Origin: Dehalococcoidia bacterium
GTDB lineage: Bacteria > Chloroflexota > Dehalococcoidia > Bin125
NCBI GenBank assembly: GCA_965215375.1
Contig: CBDCDO010000002.1
Location: 975,685-1,039,684, forward strand
DNA: 64,000 bases
Reading direction: 5' to 3'
The notes beneath the pieces were generated by a model. That model did no database searches. It had not been told where the DNA came from and saw only the letters and a program-made list of their open reading frames with translations. Within the stretch, counting starts at the first letter, position 1. Each line of letters starts with the position of its first letter. A program made the position numbers and the translations under genes. Positions 39,983 to 49,747 of the stretch are shown here, piece by piece.

Positions 39983-41389
39983 GTGAGCTCGCACGACCAA
40001 TCCCTCGTTGGTTCCTCTCGACTGGCCGTGGCCGTGTTGGCGGGCAAGGCGACTCGACTGGGGATGCGCACACTCGGCTCGGGCGGCACGGCGCTGCCTG
40101 GCCTCGTCGTCGAGCGACTGCAGCCCGACGCCGCCCATCGGCTGGCGCGTGGCCTCTCCCAGACGGCGCTGATCACCGGAACCAACGGCAAGACGACCAG
40201 CGCCGCGATGCTGGCTCGCATCCTCCGCGCTGACGGTCGGACGGTGCTCCACAATCGGTCGGGTTCCAACCTGCTGCGCGGCGTGACCGCGTCGCTGGTC
40301 GAAGCTGCCTCACCCGTCGGCCGACTACCTCCAGAGACCAACGCCGTCTTCGAGGCCGACGAAGCAGCACTACCCGCGATCGCGCGCGCTGCGCCTCCGA
40401 GCGTCGCTGTCTTCACCAACCTGATGCGCGACCAACTCGACCGCTACGGCGAGATCGAGTCGATCGCCCGACGCTGGTCCGACGCGCTTCCGACGTTCCC
40501 AACAGCGACCAACATCGTCGTCAACGTCGATGATCCGCTGATCGCCTCACTGGTCTCCCAATGGAACGGTCCCTGTCTGAGGTTTGGCATCGAAGACCCA
40601 CACATTCCGGCCGCGCCGACGGGCGAGATCGTGGACGCGATCTGGGATCCGCATACTCAGGACGATTTCCAGTATTCGCGTCGATACTTTGCCCAACTCG
40701 GTCGCTGGCGCACGAGCTCCGGTGTCGAGCGGCCTCAGCCGGACATCGCTGCGGACGAAATCATCACTCAGGGCGCATCGACCGCATTCACCTTGCGAAC
40801 CGCGGACGCGGAGGTGGCGATTGTGCTCCCTGCGGAAGGCTTGTACAGCGTCTACAACGCGCTCGCAGCGGCGTCGGCCGCGACGGCGCTCGGTGTCCCG
40901 ATTGGCGCGATCCAACAGGGTCTGGAATCGCATGAGGCGGCATTCGGTCGGCAGGAAACGCTGACGGTCAGGGATCGACGCGTGCGCATTTTGCTGGGCA
41001 AGAACCCGTCGGGGATGAATCAGGCGCTCCGCACCCTCCAGCGACCCGGCGAGCGACACCACCTGCTGATCCTGCTCAACGACGGCATCGCCGACGGCAC
41101 CGATGTCTCGTGGATTTGGGACGTCGATTGGGAATCGCAAGCCGACCACTGTCGAACGCTCACGGTCGGCGGTCGGAGAGCCGCCGACATGGCGCTGCGG
41201 CTCGAATACGCTGGATTTCCCGAGCCCGCCACGACACCGACCCGCGACATCGGTGCCGCGCTCGATGCCGCGCTCGAGACCGTTCCCGAGTCCGAACAAC
41301 TGATCATTTTGCCTACCTACACTGCAATGCTCGACGTCCGCCAGCGACTCGGACAGATGGGCGCCTCACGTCTCTGGGATGTTGCCTAG
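39983..41389 (+). CDS. murT: Lipid II isoglutaminyl synthase, ligase subunit MurT
   Basis: Mur-ligase P-loop ITGTNGKTT; C-terminal MurT domain; the Cys4 zinc-ribbon seen in Firmicute MurT appears absent. Confidence 0.85.
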   Translation: MSSHDQSLVGSSRLAVAVLAGKATRLGMRTLGSGGTALPGLVVERLQPDAAHRLARGLSQTALITGTNGKTTSAAMLARILRADGRTVLHNRSGSNLLRGVTASLVEAASPVGRLPPETNAVFEADEAALPAIARAAPPSVAVFTNLMRDQLDRYGEIESIARRWSDALPTFPTATNIVVNVDDPLIASLVSQWNGPCLRFGIEDPHIPAAPTGEIVDAIWDPHTQDDFQYSRRYFAQLGRWRTSSGVERPQPDIAADEIITQGASTAFTLRTADAEVAIVLPAEGLYSVYNALAAASAATALGVPIGAIQQGLESHEAAFGRQETLTVRDRRVRILLGKNPSGMNQALRTLQRPGERHHLLILLNDGIADGTDVSWIWDVDWESQADHCRTLTVGGRRAADMALRLEYAGFPEPATTPTRDIGAALDAALETVPESEQLIILPTYTAMLDVRQRLGQMGASRLWDVA

Positions 41390-42171
41390 TGTCCAGCGCC
41401 GACCGTCACCAGCTCAACATCGCCGTGCTCTACCCCGATCTGCTCAATCTCTACGGCGACCGTGGGAACGCTCGCGCCCTCGAGCGACGCTGCCTCGCGC
41501 GAGGCATCGGCGCCACGGTGACCGGCGTCGGCATCGGCGACAAATGGTCTCCACAAGAGGCCGACCTCGTGCTGGTCGGTGGTGGACAGGATCGCGAACA
41601 ACGGCGGGTGCAGTTGGATTTGCAGCAGCGCGGCCCATCGCTCCGCGACTATGTCGAGGATGACGGTGTCGTCCTGGCGGTCTGCGGCGGATTCCAGCTC
41701 TTTGGTCACCACTATCGCGGCTGGGATGGTGAGATCATGGAGGGGATCGGCATCTTCGACGCGGTCGCGTCGCATCCCGGTCCGACGATCGCCCGCTGCG
41801 TGGGCAACGTGGTCGCGCTGTGGGAAGGTGAAACCGTGGTCGGATTCGAGAATCACGGAGGTCGGACGTACCTCAGCGATGGTCAGAATGCCTTTGCCGA
41901 GGTCGTCAGTGGATTCGGCAACAACGGCGGCGACGGTCTCGAAGGGGCACGGGTCCAGAACGCCTTCGGGACCTACCTCCACGGAGCGGTCCTGCCCAAG
42001 AACCCTCGACTCGCCGATCGTTTGCTCTCGCTTGCGATGGCGCGTCGGTACGGTCCCGATGCCGCCGACTTGGAACCGCTCGACGACCGTGCCGCCCTCC
42101 GAGCTCACGCGGAAGCGTTGCATGCAGCACTGTCGACCGGTGAATCCCCACTGGGAAGACATTTCGCATAA
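41390..42171 (+). CDS. gatD: Lipid II isoglutaminyl synthase, glutaminase subunit GatD (CobB/CobQ-like GATase)
   Basis: GTG start immediately after murT stop; catalytic LAVCGGFQLFG and TYLHGAVLPKNP. Confidence 0.8.
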
Positions 42172-42222
42172 CGTACAGTCGATCCGTGGAAATACGCTCG
42201 ACGATCTGATCAAGGAACCCAC

Positions 42223-42442
42223 CATGGCTGCGACCACCACTCTGACCCGTACCGCGCCCGATATCTCCTGCGAACACTGCGCCAATGCCATCACGGGCGC
42301 GCTGGGAGCGATCGACGGCGTCACGTCTGTCGCCGTCGATATCGACGAGAAGCGTGTGAACGTGGAGTACAACGCCGCGGCCGCATCGGTGGAACAGATC
42401 GACGCCGCACTTGAGGAGGAAGGCTATCCCCCGCTCCGATAG
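42223..42442 (+). CDS. Heavy-metal-associated (HMA) domain protein
   Basis: 73 aa; metal-binding SCEHC in HMA fold context (VTSVAVDIDEKRVNVEY). Confidence 0.6.
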
Positions 42443-43463
42443 CCCTTGGAGACAGCAACCTCGCGGACCTCGAAGCTCCAACAGTCGGCGGTTCCGCAGC
42501 GACGGCGATTCCAACGACGGGTGGCTGGTCGGTCCGACCTGGCTCTACGTCGTGTTGGCGATCGTCATCTTCGCCGTCGCCGCAGCCATTGCCGTCGTCC
42601 AGGCGACCAACTCGGATGATCCCGCCGGGGCGGATCAGGCGCAGACGGTCAGCGCTGCGTCAACGACGGACGATGTGCAATCGTCTGCCAGCAGCGAGTC
42701 GGATGACGAACCGGTCGAACAGCCATCGGCACTCACACAGGAAGATGTCTCGTCGGAGACCGATGGCGCTGAATCGGAAGAGGCAGCCGACACCGTCGCA
42801 GAGTCCGAGCAGGAGAACCAGCCCGACCAATCTCAGGCGACCGAAGAACAAGCGCAACAGCAAGCATCAGCCGACACGCCAACTGAGCAGGAGACCGATG
42901 ATCCGGTGCGCGGATTCATCGTGCCGATCTCGGGAGCTTGCATCACGGAATTTACCGGTCACTTGCCGTCGGCCGAGCGAGCATATCGAAACGATGGCGT
43001 ACACGAAGGGCTCGACTTCTACGAGTGGGCCTCCTGCACGGCCGTCAACGTCGCCACCGAGATCCTCGCGGCGAAGTCCGGCGTCGTGATCCGCGCGGAT
43101 CTGAACTATGTCGAAATCACCCCTGCCGACTGGGAACGCTTCGAACGGGCGAACTTCGCGGGCGAAGCAATCCTCGACGAACTGCGCGGCCGACAGGTCT
43201 GGATTGACCATGGCCGCGGCGTCGTCACTCGCTACGCGCACCTCTCGGCTATCGCGCCCGACATCTCCGTGGGTGTCGAGGTGCAACGTGGACAGGTGAT
43301 CGGCTATCCCGGCGAATCGGGACAGCGCGAGGTCTACGCTGACCCAGGCACCGACATCCATCTCCACTTCGAGATCCGCGTCGCCGATGGCTGGCTTGGC
43401 CAGGGTGACGCGCCAGAAGTCGCGAGACTACGCTACCTCCGCGCCTTCGGTCTGGTTCCATAG
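42411..43463 (+). CDS. M23 family metallopeptidase with N-terminal TM and acidic low-complexity linker
   Basis: TM (LYVVLAIVIFAVAAAIAVV), acidic linker, LytM motifs HEGLDFY, RYAHLS, HLHFE; start uncertain. Confidence 0.7.
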   Translation: MRRKAIPRSDSPWRQQPRGPRSSNSRRFRSDGDSNDGWLVGPTWLYVVLAIVIFAVAAAIAVVQATNSDDPAGADQAQTVSAASTTDDVQSSASSESDDEPVEQPSALTQEDVSSETDGAESEEAADTVAESEQENQPDQSQATEEQAQQQASADTPTEQETDDPVRGFIVPISGACITEFTGHLPSAERAYRNDGVHEGLDFYEWASCTAVNVATEILAAKSGVVIRADLNYVEITPADWERFERANFAGEAILDELRGRQVWIDHGRGVVTRYAHLSAIAPDISVGVEVQRGQVIGYPGESGQREVYADPGTDIHLHFEIRVADGWLGQGDAPEVARLRYLRAFGLVP

Positions 43464-43572
43464 GTCGAGGCGGCCATCTCGGGTTCTGCGTCGTTCTCGT
43501 TCCCGTACCGTCCTCGTTCCCAGATGCGGAGAGCGCCAGAGCGTCCTACGATCGGCACATCATCCGCAAGAG

Positions 43573-43899
43573 AAGATCAACATGACCACTAAACAAGCTG
43601 TACCGAATCCGCTCCCGCTGCCTCAAGATGTGCCAACTCAGGATCTCGAGGAACGAACACTTCGCTTCGCCGCCAACTCATTGCTAGAACACTTATCTGC
43701 CAAAGAGAACGACGTCGATGATGTCGCGGTGCAAGCGCTCGTGTTTAACTTGCAGAATCTCATGCGACTATTCGACCGACCTGTGTACGTTTGCCCAATC
43801 GAAGACGGTTCCGTCCGATTCGATCGACGAATAGAACAAGGCGATTGGGAAGAGGGACGCTGGAAGCTCGCTTGGGAGGTCCGAGATGATACGGCGTAG
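43573..43899 (+). CDS. Hypothetical small acidic protein (low-GC cassette gene 1)
   Basis: 109 aa; region about 53% GC versus about 65% background; no recognizable family. Confidence 0.4.
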   Translation, partial: KINMTTKQAVPNPLPLPQDVPTQDLEERTLRFAANSLLEHLSAKENDVDDVAVQALVFNLQNLMRLFDRPVYVCPIEDGSVRFDRRIEQGDWEEGRWKLAWEVRDDTA

Positions 43900-44113
43900 C
43901 AACCTCCAACCGATTGGCGAAGGAAGTGATTCCACAACGCGATCGGAAAGGCCTTCCAGGCTGATGAGTCGAGTGGTATCGCCGTTACAACAGCAAGCAA
44001 ACCGAGCACTGAGATGGTCAAAGCAGGAAATTCTGCTCGCGTTCTTCGCTGCATTCATTGCTGGTCTGGGTGCGGGAGCGGCACAGGCCCTGATGTCTTG
44101 GGTGCTTGAGTAG
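43886..44113 (+). CDS. Hypothetical small protein with single C-terminal TM helix (low-GC cassette gene 2)
   Basis: 75 aa; 14-bp overlap with gene 1; C-terminal ILLAFFAAFIAGLGAGAAQALMSWVL. Confidence 0.35.
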   Translation: MIRRSNLQPIGEGSDSTTRSERPSRLMSRVVSPLQQQANRALRWSKQEILLAFFAAFIAGLGAGAAQALMSWVLE

Positions 44114-44115
44114 TC

Positions 44116-46476
44116 TCAACGCGGACTGATCGGCCCCGGCGCTGGATCATCGGCCGACCGCTTCGCGGTCAGACCCGCCACAACGCCGTCCCCGATCAGT
44201 TCCTCAATCCGCGACATCGAGAGCCCGAGAATTCCCTCGAGGATCTCCGCCGTGTGCTCTCCCATGCGAGGTGCTGGACGGACGCATGATGGCGGCCGCC
44301 GACGCAGTCGCCAGGGGAAGCCCTGATACTGTCGCGTCCCGGTGTCGGGGTGGGTCAGATGCAACCACCAGCCGCGAACAGCCAAGTGCGGGTCGTGCAA
44401 GTGCGTCAGGGTCGAGTGCACCACCGCCGCGGACACACCGATCGCCTGCAATCGATGCTGAAGCGTCTGCGCATTCCAGTTCTTGGTCCAGTCGCCCAGG
44501 GCTGCCTCCAGGTCAGCTTCGTCCAACTGCCGACCAGCCGCCGTTCGCCACTCAGGACGATCCAGCCCGGCGTCCGTCGCCAGTCGGAGCCATGATTCGT
44601 CGTCTCGGACTGAGATCGCGATCCACTCGTCACCGCCATCGATGCCATCGGCGCAGCGAAAGCACTCGTGCGGCGTCGCGCCGAGCTGTCGGTTGCCGTT
44701 GCGCGCCGGGGTCTCCTGGCCCGCCGAGGCTGCCAACAGATACTCATCGATGTAGGCAACTGCCGACTCGAACATTGACCCCTCGACGTGTACCGCAGTC
44801 CGCCGATCGCGAGCTTCCTGCGCTCGCCACACGGCCGCGAGCGCTGACGCGGCCATTTGTGCGCCGATAATCGGATCGGCCTGCATTGTGCCAAGCATGA
44901 GCGGTGGCTCGTCGCGATAGCCGTACAACAAGTCCCAGCCGGCGTTGCCCTCGGTCGTGCCGCCGTTGGCTCGGAAGTTGTCGTATGGCCCACCAGTCCC
45001 GAAGCCCGAGAACGACACCAACGCAACCTGCGGGTTGACTTCACGCATGTCGGCGTGGGTCAGTCGCAGATTCTGGAGTACGCGCGGGCGGAAGTTCTCC
45101 AGGACGACGTCCGCTCGCGCGATCAGATCCAGCGCCAACTGCCGACCGAGCTCTGTGTCCAGCGCGAGCGAAATCGTCCGCTTCCCACGATTGGCCATAT
45201 TGAAGTTTGGCCGCACGTTGAGTGGATGCGCGTCGGGCGAGGCCACACGCATCGGACCACCCGCCTCATAGCGCCACAGATCGGGACGTTTCGGACCCTC
45301 GACCTTGATCACCTCGGCGCCCAGATCGCTCAGTAGACCAGAGGCATACGGACCGAGCCAGGCATGGGTGAAGTCGACTACACGCAACCCATCGAGCGGG
45401 CCGCTCGACTGCTCCGGCCTCGGCCGAGACGCGAACCGTTCGCTTCCGCCGCGCTCGGAGTCGCCTTCTGACTCATGCTCCGTAACGCGCATTGCGCGTC
45501 CTGCGCCAGTGAGACCGTCCTCGGTGCGAAAGAAATCCATCGCCTGTAGCTGTGGATCGTTGAGCAGTTGTTCCGTCGACCGATGCATCGCCATCACGAC
45601 GCCGAGTTCTGAGAGCCTCGTCCAGACCGTCTCCGCGTCTCGTGATTCCACAATGGGGCGGACGTATTCGAGCGATGGTTCACGCTCGGCGAAGCGGCCC
45701 TCGCCTTCCAGCAGCTCCTCGGGCGGAGGATCGCAGCCGAACGCGATCGGCACGTTGCGCAGCGTCTCTCGAGACCACGGCGAGATCGTGACGTAGCCGT
45801 CCGCCGCCTTCAGCACCTTGGCCCAGCCAGGAGTGCCACCGACGCGCGGCAGCGCCTGACCCGAGAACTCCGACCGCAGCGACATAATCAACGTCGAGCA
45901 GGCCTCGTGCGACGACAGCTCGATCCATTCGCCACAGCCGGAGTGCAATCGCTCCAGCAACGCCGCCAGCGCCGCGACCGCGCCGAGTACGCCGATCGTG
46001 CGTGGGATGATCGCCGCTGGCGCGGCCAGCGGCTCTTGCCCGTGCAATCCATTCGTACCTGCAAATCCCGATAACGCTTGGATGATGAGATCGTCGGTCA
46101 GATACTCCGCGTACGGCCCGTCGGTTCCAAACGACGACGAATGTACGACGACCAGACGGGGAAACTCCTCGGCCACGCCGTCCAGCTCCGACAGCGGAGC
46201 GTCCGTGACCAACACATCGGCTTCATCAAGCGCCGATCTCCAAGCGCCCGACTGCAGCTCCTTACCGACCAGCAGGGACGCTCGCAACAATGAGACCGTC
46301 TCGCCGTCGCGCTCGATCGTCGGTGCGGCGCCCTTCAGCCGACTGTCGGCCGCTTCGAACGTCCGAACCTGAGCACCCCAGCGCGAGAACTCCCGCGCGC
46401 AGGCGGCCGCTGGTACGTCGCGACTGTATTCGACAACTCGAACACGGCTCAGCAGGTTCCCATCCGACACGGCCAA
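44116..46476 (-). CDS. Tandem-fused family III CoA-transferase (two CaiB/BaiF domains)
   Basis: 786 aa; second domain starts around LDGLRVVDFTHAWLGPYASGLLSDLGAEVIKVE; first domain VVEYSRDVPAAACAREFSRWGAQV. Confidence 0.8.
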   Translation of the reverse strand: MAVSDGNLLSRVRVVEYSRDVPAAACAREFSRWGAQVRTFEAADSRLKGAAPTIERDGETVSLLRASLLVGKELQSGAWRSALDEADVLVTDAPLSELDGVAEEFPRLVVVHSSSFGTDGPYAEYLTDDLIIQALSGFAGTNGLHGQEPLAAPAAIIPRTIGVLGAVAALAALLERLHSGCGEWIELSSHEACSTLIMSLRSEFSGQALPRVGGTPGWAKVLKAADGYVTISPWSRETLRNVPIAFGCDPPPEELLEGEGRFAEREPSLEYVRPIVESRDAETVWTRLSELGVVMAMHRSTEQLLNDPQLQAMDFFRTEDGLTGAGRAMRVTEHESEGDSERGGSERFASRPRPEQSSGPLDGLRVVDFTHAWLGPYASGLLSDLGAEVIKVEGPKRPDLWRYEAGGPMRVASPDAHPLNVRPNFNMANRGKRTISLALDTELGRQLALDLIARADVVLENFRPRVLQNLRLTHADMREVNPQVALVSFSGFGTGGPYDNFRANGGTTEGNAGWDLLYGYRDEPPLMLGTMQADPIIGAQMAASALAAVWRAQEARDRRTAVHVEGSMFESAVAYIDEYLLAASAGQETPARNGNRQLGATPHECFRCADGIDGGDEWIAISVRDDESWLRLATDAGLDRPEWRTAAGRQLDEADLEAALGDWTKNWNAQTLQHRLQAIGVSAAVVHSTLTHLHDPHLAVRGWWLHLTHPDTGTRQYQGFPWRLRRRPPSCVRPAPRMGEHTAEILEGILGLSMSRIEELIGDGVVAGLTAKRSADDPAPGPISPR

Positions 46477-46490
46477 TGCCTCCCGATCAC

Positions 46491-47306
46491 CTACTGCGAG
46501 TTGCCCGGCTTCTGCAGCTTCGCCAGCGCCTCGGCGACCGGCGATAGCTGTCGCTTGTCAGGCATCATGCGCGGATCTACCTGACCGAATCGCGCCCCGA
46601 CGGCATAAGTCATAAAGCTGGCGTTGATATGCGTCGTGAAACCCTGACCGTCCTGCGCGTTGTTAATCGAGTGCTTCACCTGTCGGAGGAACATCGGCGC
46701 TCGCTGCGCGACCTCGCCGGCGTAGGCCAAGGTCTTTCGCTCGAGCGCCTCGATCGGATACACCTGATTGACGAACCCGAGCTCCTGCGCTTCGCGCGCT
46801 GGGATGAACCGGTTCTGGAACAGAATCTCCTTCGATTTGCGCACACCGAGATCCCACGGCGCCGAGAAGTACTGCGTGTGCGAAGGCAGGAAGAGCGCGT
46901 CGTCGGACGCAAAGATCAGATCCATCGACGCCGCGACCATCCAGCCGCCGAAAATGCACTTGCCGTGCACCATCGCGATGGTCGGCTTGGGAATGTTGCG
47001 CCAACGCATCGTGTTTGTGATACGTGTGTCGCGCTGACGGTCAAACACACCGACAAAGTCGTCGGCCCAGCCCCGAACCTCGCGGTCGGCGAGCTCCGTC
47101 GGCGACCCAAGGTCGTGCCCCGCCGAGAAGTCCGGACCATTGCCCGACAGCACGATCACCTGCACCTCTGGGTCGTCGTTCGCCTCCTGGAAGGCACGGT
47201 CGATCTCTTCCAGCAACACCCGCGACTGGGCATTCCGATACTCGGGTCGATTCATGATTACTCGGGCAACGGGTCCCGGCTCATAGATCACTTCGTGATA
47301 CGTCAT
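46491..47306 (-). CDS. Enoyl-CoA hydratase/isomerase (crotonase) family protein
   Basis: 271 aa; VIVLSGNGPDFSAGHDLG and crotonase fold motifs. Confidence 0.85.
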   Translation of the reverse strand: MTYHEVIYEPGPVARVIMNRPEYRNAQSRVLLEEIDRAFQEANDDPEVQVIVLSGNGPDFSAGHDLGSPTELADREVRGWADDFVGVFDRQRDTRITNTMRWRNIPKPTIAMVHGKCIFGGWMVAASMDLIFASDDALFLPSHTQYFSAPWDLGVRKSKEILFQNRFIPAREAQELGFVNQVYPIEALERKTLAYAGEVAQRAPMFLRQVKHSINNAQDGQGFTTHINASFMTYAVGARFGQVDPRMMPDKRQLSPVAEALAKLQKPGNSQ

Positions 47307-47395
47307 GGCATGCTCCGCTCAACAGCTCAAATCCAATCCGAGACTAACAGCGGCCCAGCACCACTCCTTCGTCACCTGCCATCCTTCATCACCCC

Positions 47396-47733
47396 AGGCG
47401 CAACTCCGTCATTCCTGCGCGCAGCGCGGGAATCTCGATCCGTGCGGCTCGGCTGATTTGCTGCTCAGGACGCATTTGCCACGTCGCAGCACGTCTCGAA
47501 GCGGGCGGGGTACCCGCGGCAGAGCGGAGGCCTTTGATTAACTTGCTCCCCCTCGCAGAGCCTGTCCCCGCGTAGGCGGGGAGGGAGCTGTCGCGCAGCG
47601 ACTGAGGGGGTCCTGCCGGCGCGGGTACCAGATAGGACTTGGTGGAGCAGGACCCCCTCCGCCTTTGGCACCTCCCCCTGCTGGGGGAGGAAAGGGATTA
47701 CGCAAAGGTCTCCGGCGGAGCGCGGGTATGACG
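47396..47733. repeat. Composite repeat: family-A ends flanking nested family-B hairpins
   Basis: Starts CCGTCATTCCTGCGCGCAGCGCGGGAATCTCGATCC, ends GGCGGAGCGCGGGTATGACG; interior CTCCCCCTCGCAG, GTCCCCGCGTAGGCGGGGAGGG, CCTCCCCCTGCTGGGGGAGG. Confidence 0.6.
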
Positions 47734-47776
47734 ATTTGGATGGACCTCCCTTCGCGGGTTTGACGATAGTGGCGTG

Positions 47777-48568
47777 CTACTTGAACGACTCCGCTAGGAG
47801 GGCGTTGAGGATTTGGTTGAAGTCTTCCGGCTGCTCCCAGTAGACGCTGTGGCCGGCCTTGGGCACTTCTTGGTACTTGGCTCCTGGGACCATTCCGGCG
47901 GCTCTTTCGATGAGCGCGGCGGGGATGATTGCGTCTTCTGACCCTGCGAGGAAGTAGACCGGCATCGTTAGTGCGGACAGCTCATCCGGTCCGACGGCGC
48001 CGTCCTCTCGTCCGAATGACAATGGTTGGCCTGCGTCGAGCGGTGGATTGAGGCCTCGAATCTGGTTGTATAGGAAGACACCGTTGGGTTCGCGCTCGAG
48101 GTATGCCGGACCGACCATCCGCGTTAGCCCTCCTCCGGCCTGGTTGACCTGCGCCGACTCGAGCGCTTTGCGCATTTCGGCTAACAGCTCCTCCGACTCG
48201 ATCCCGAGGAACGTGTCGGCCATCAGCAGTCCGCGTACGCGATCGGGATTGCGCACGGCGAAGGGCAGAATTGTGAATCCACCCATCGACTGTCCAACCA
48301 GCACCGCCTCAGGAATCTCCAGCGCGTCCATCAACTCGCCGAGGTCGCGAGCGAAGGCGCGGCGACCCTCGCCCGAGTCATCGCGGCTCTGTCCCCAGCC
48401 ACGCACTTCGTAGGTGACGCATCGGTAGCGATCGCGATACACGGGTATCTGTTGCCACCAGCTCAGATGATTCCCGCCCGCTCCGTGGACGAAGATGATC
48501 GTCTCTGGACCATCCCCGAATTCGTCAAAGACCAACTGTCCACCGGTCACGTTCATTGTCTGCGGCAT
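47777..48568 (-). CDS. Alpha/beta hydrolase fold protein
   Basis: 263 aa; IIFVHGAGGNHLSW, nucleophile elbow GQSMGG. Confidence 0.8.
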   Translation of the reverse strand: MPQTMNVTGGQLVFDEFGDGPETIIFVHGAGGNHLSWWQQIPVYRDRYRCVTYEVRGWGQSRDDSGEGRRAFARDLGELMDALEIPEAVLVGQSMGGFTILPFAVRNPDRVRGLLMADTFLGIESEELLAEMRKALESAQVNQAGGGLTRMVGPAYLEREPNGVFLYNQIRGLNPPLDAGQPLSFGREDGAVGPDELSALTMPVYFLAGSEDAIIPAALIERAAGMVPGAKYQEVPKAGHSVYWEQPEDFNQILNALLAESFK

Positions 48569-48676
48569 CGACTTGTGCTCCGTTCGATTTGATTGCGGGT
48601 TGCGTTTGTGATTGCGTTTCCAATCTTGCTAAACGCTACCCTCTTGTCAGCCTGTACATATTGAGAGTGTTCCCCA

Positions 48677-49734
48677 TGGCCTTCGAATACACCGACATCG
48701 ACCTGCCAATTCGCGACAGCACGATCGCCTCGCAGCGGATGAGTTGGGATGTTATCGCCAGCCCTGGTCGATGGTGGAGCGGCGCTGAGCGAGTCGAGAT
48801 CGCGCGGATCGGTCGGGCCGCTCGCGACTTTGCATCCGCGAGCAGTGAGATCCTGCCGGAAGCCGCCGTTTACGCGATCCAGAAGCTCGTCGTCGACAAC
48901 GCAAATCTCAATCGCGAATGGTACGACGAGATTATCCGCTCTGACGGGATGGGCGAAGATCGCTACGTCGAGCTCGTTGCCGTGGTCGTGCACGCGCTTT
49001 CGATCGACGAGTTCCACCGCGCGCTCGACATTGCGCTGGAACCGTTGCCCGACGCTCAGCCCGGGGAACCCACGCGACAGCGTCCTCCAGAGGCGGAACA
49101 GCGGTACTCCTGGCCGCCGATCGTCCCGAAATCCGGTCTCAATCCTGGCGACGAGCAGCTCTACGGCCCGATGGAGTGGGGCGCCAACGTGATCTCGGCG
49201 CTTTCGCTCGTTCCCGAGAACGTGCGATGGCTCCACGATCTGTCCGAGGGTCACTACCTTTCCTTCGCCGAGATGCGTATGCCCGACCCGCTGCGCTCCA
49301 TCTCTCGCGCCCAGATTGAGCTGATCGCCGCCAGAGTCTCGGCCCTGAACGAGTGCTTCTATTGAACTGCGTCGCACGTGCGCATGCTCCGTGAGAGCAG
49401 CAATCGCAGCGGCACCCTCGACGGCCTCAACCTGCAGGGCACGGTCAATCCCGACGCCGACAGCGGCGTCCCGCACGGCAACCTCCTGACCGCGTTTGCC
49501 GAAGCCGCCGTCCGCCAAACAGACGCACTGCCGGCGCTGCGAGAACAGATCGTCGCAGAACTGGGCGCGCAGGAGTTAGTCGATGCCGCGGGCGTGGTCG
49601 CCAACTTCCAGCGCATGGTTCGGATCGCCGACGGTTGCGGCATTCCGCTCGATGAGTACACCCGCGAAGCGACCGAAGATTGTCGCGAGGAGCTCGGCCT
49701 GCACGAGTTCGCCTCGGCAGCCAACACGGCATAG
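48677..49734 (+). CDS. AhpD/carboxymuconolactone decarboxylase-family protein, candidate selenoprotein (in-frame UGA at 49363-49365 read as Sec)
   Basis: ORFs 48556..49365 and 49378..49734 share a frame, separated by one TGA; read-through gives RVSALNEC-FY-U-TAS-H matching CMD/AhpD motif N-x-C-x-x-C-x-x-x-H; hairpin 49384-49401 inside outer CUGCG/CGCAG stem right after UGA. Confidence 0.6.
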
Positions 49735-49747
49735 CAAGGAGCCTCAG

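Noticed and set aside
38740-40419. 559-aa minus-strand ORF
   Set aside because: Antisense to the M50 protease (HELAH motif) and murT.
41579-42222. Upstream 214 codons of the 287-aa plus-strand ORF 41579..42442
   Set aside because: Overlaps gatD in another frame; only the last 73 codons (HMA domain with SCEHC from ATG 42223) look genuine.
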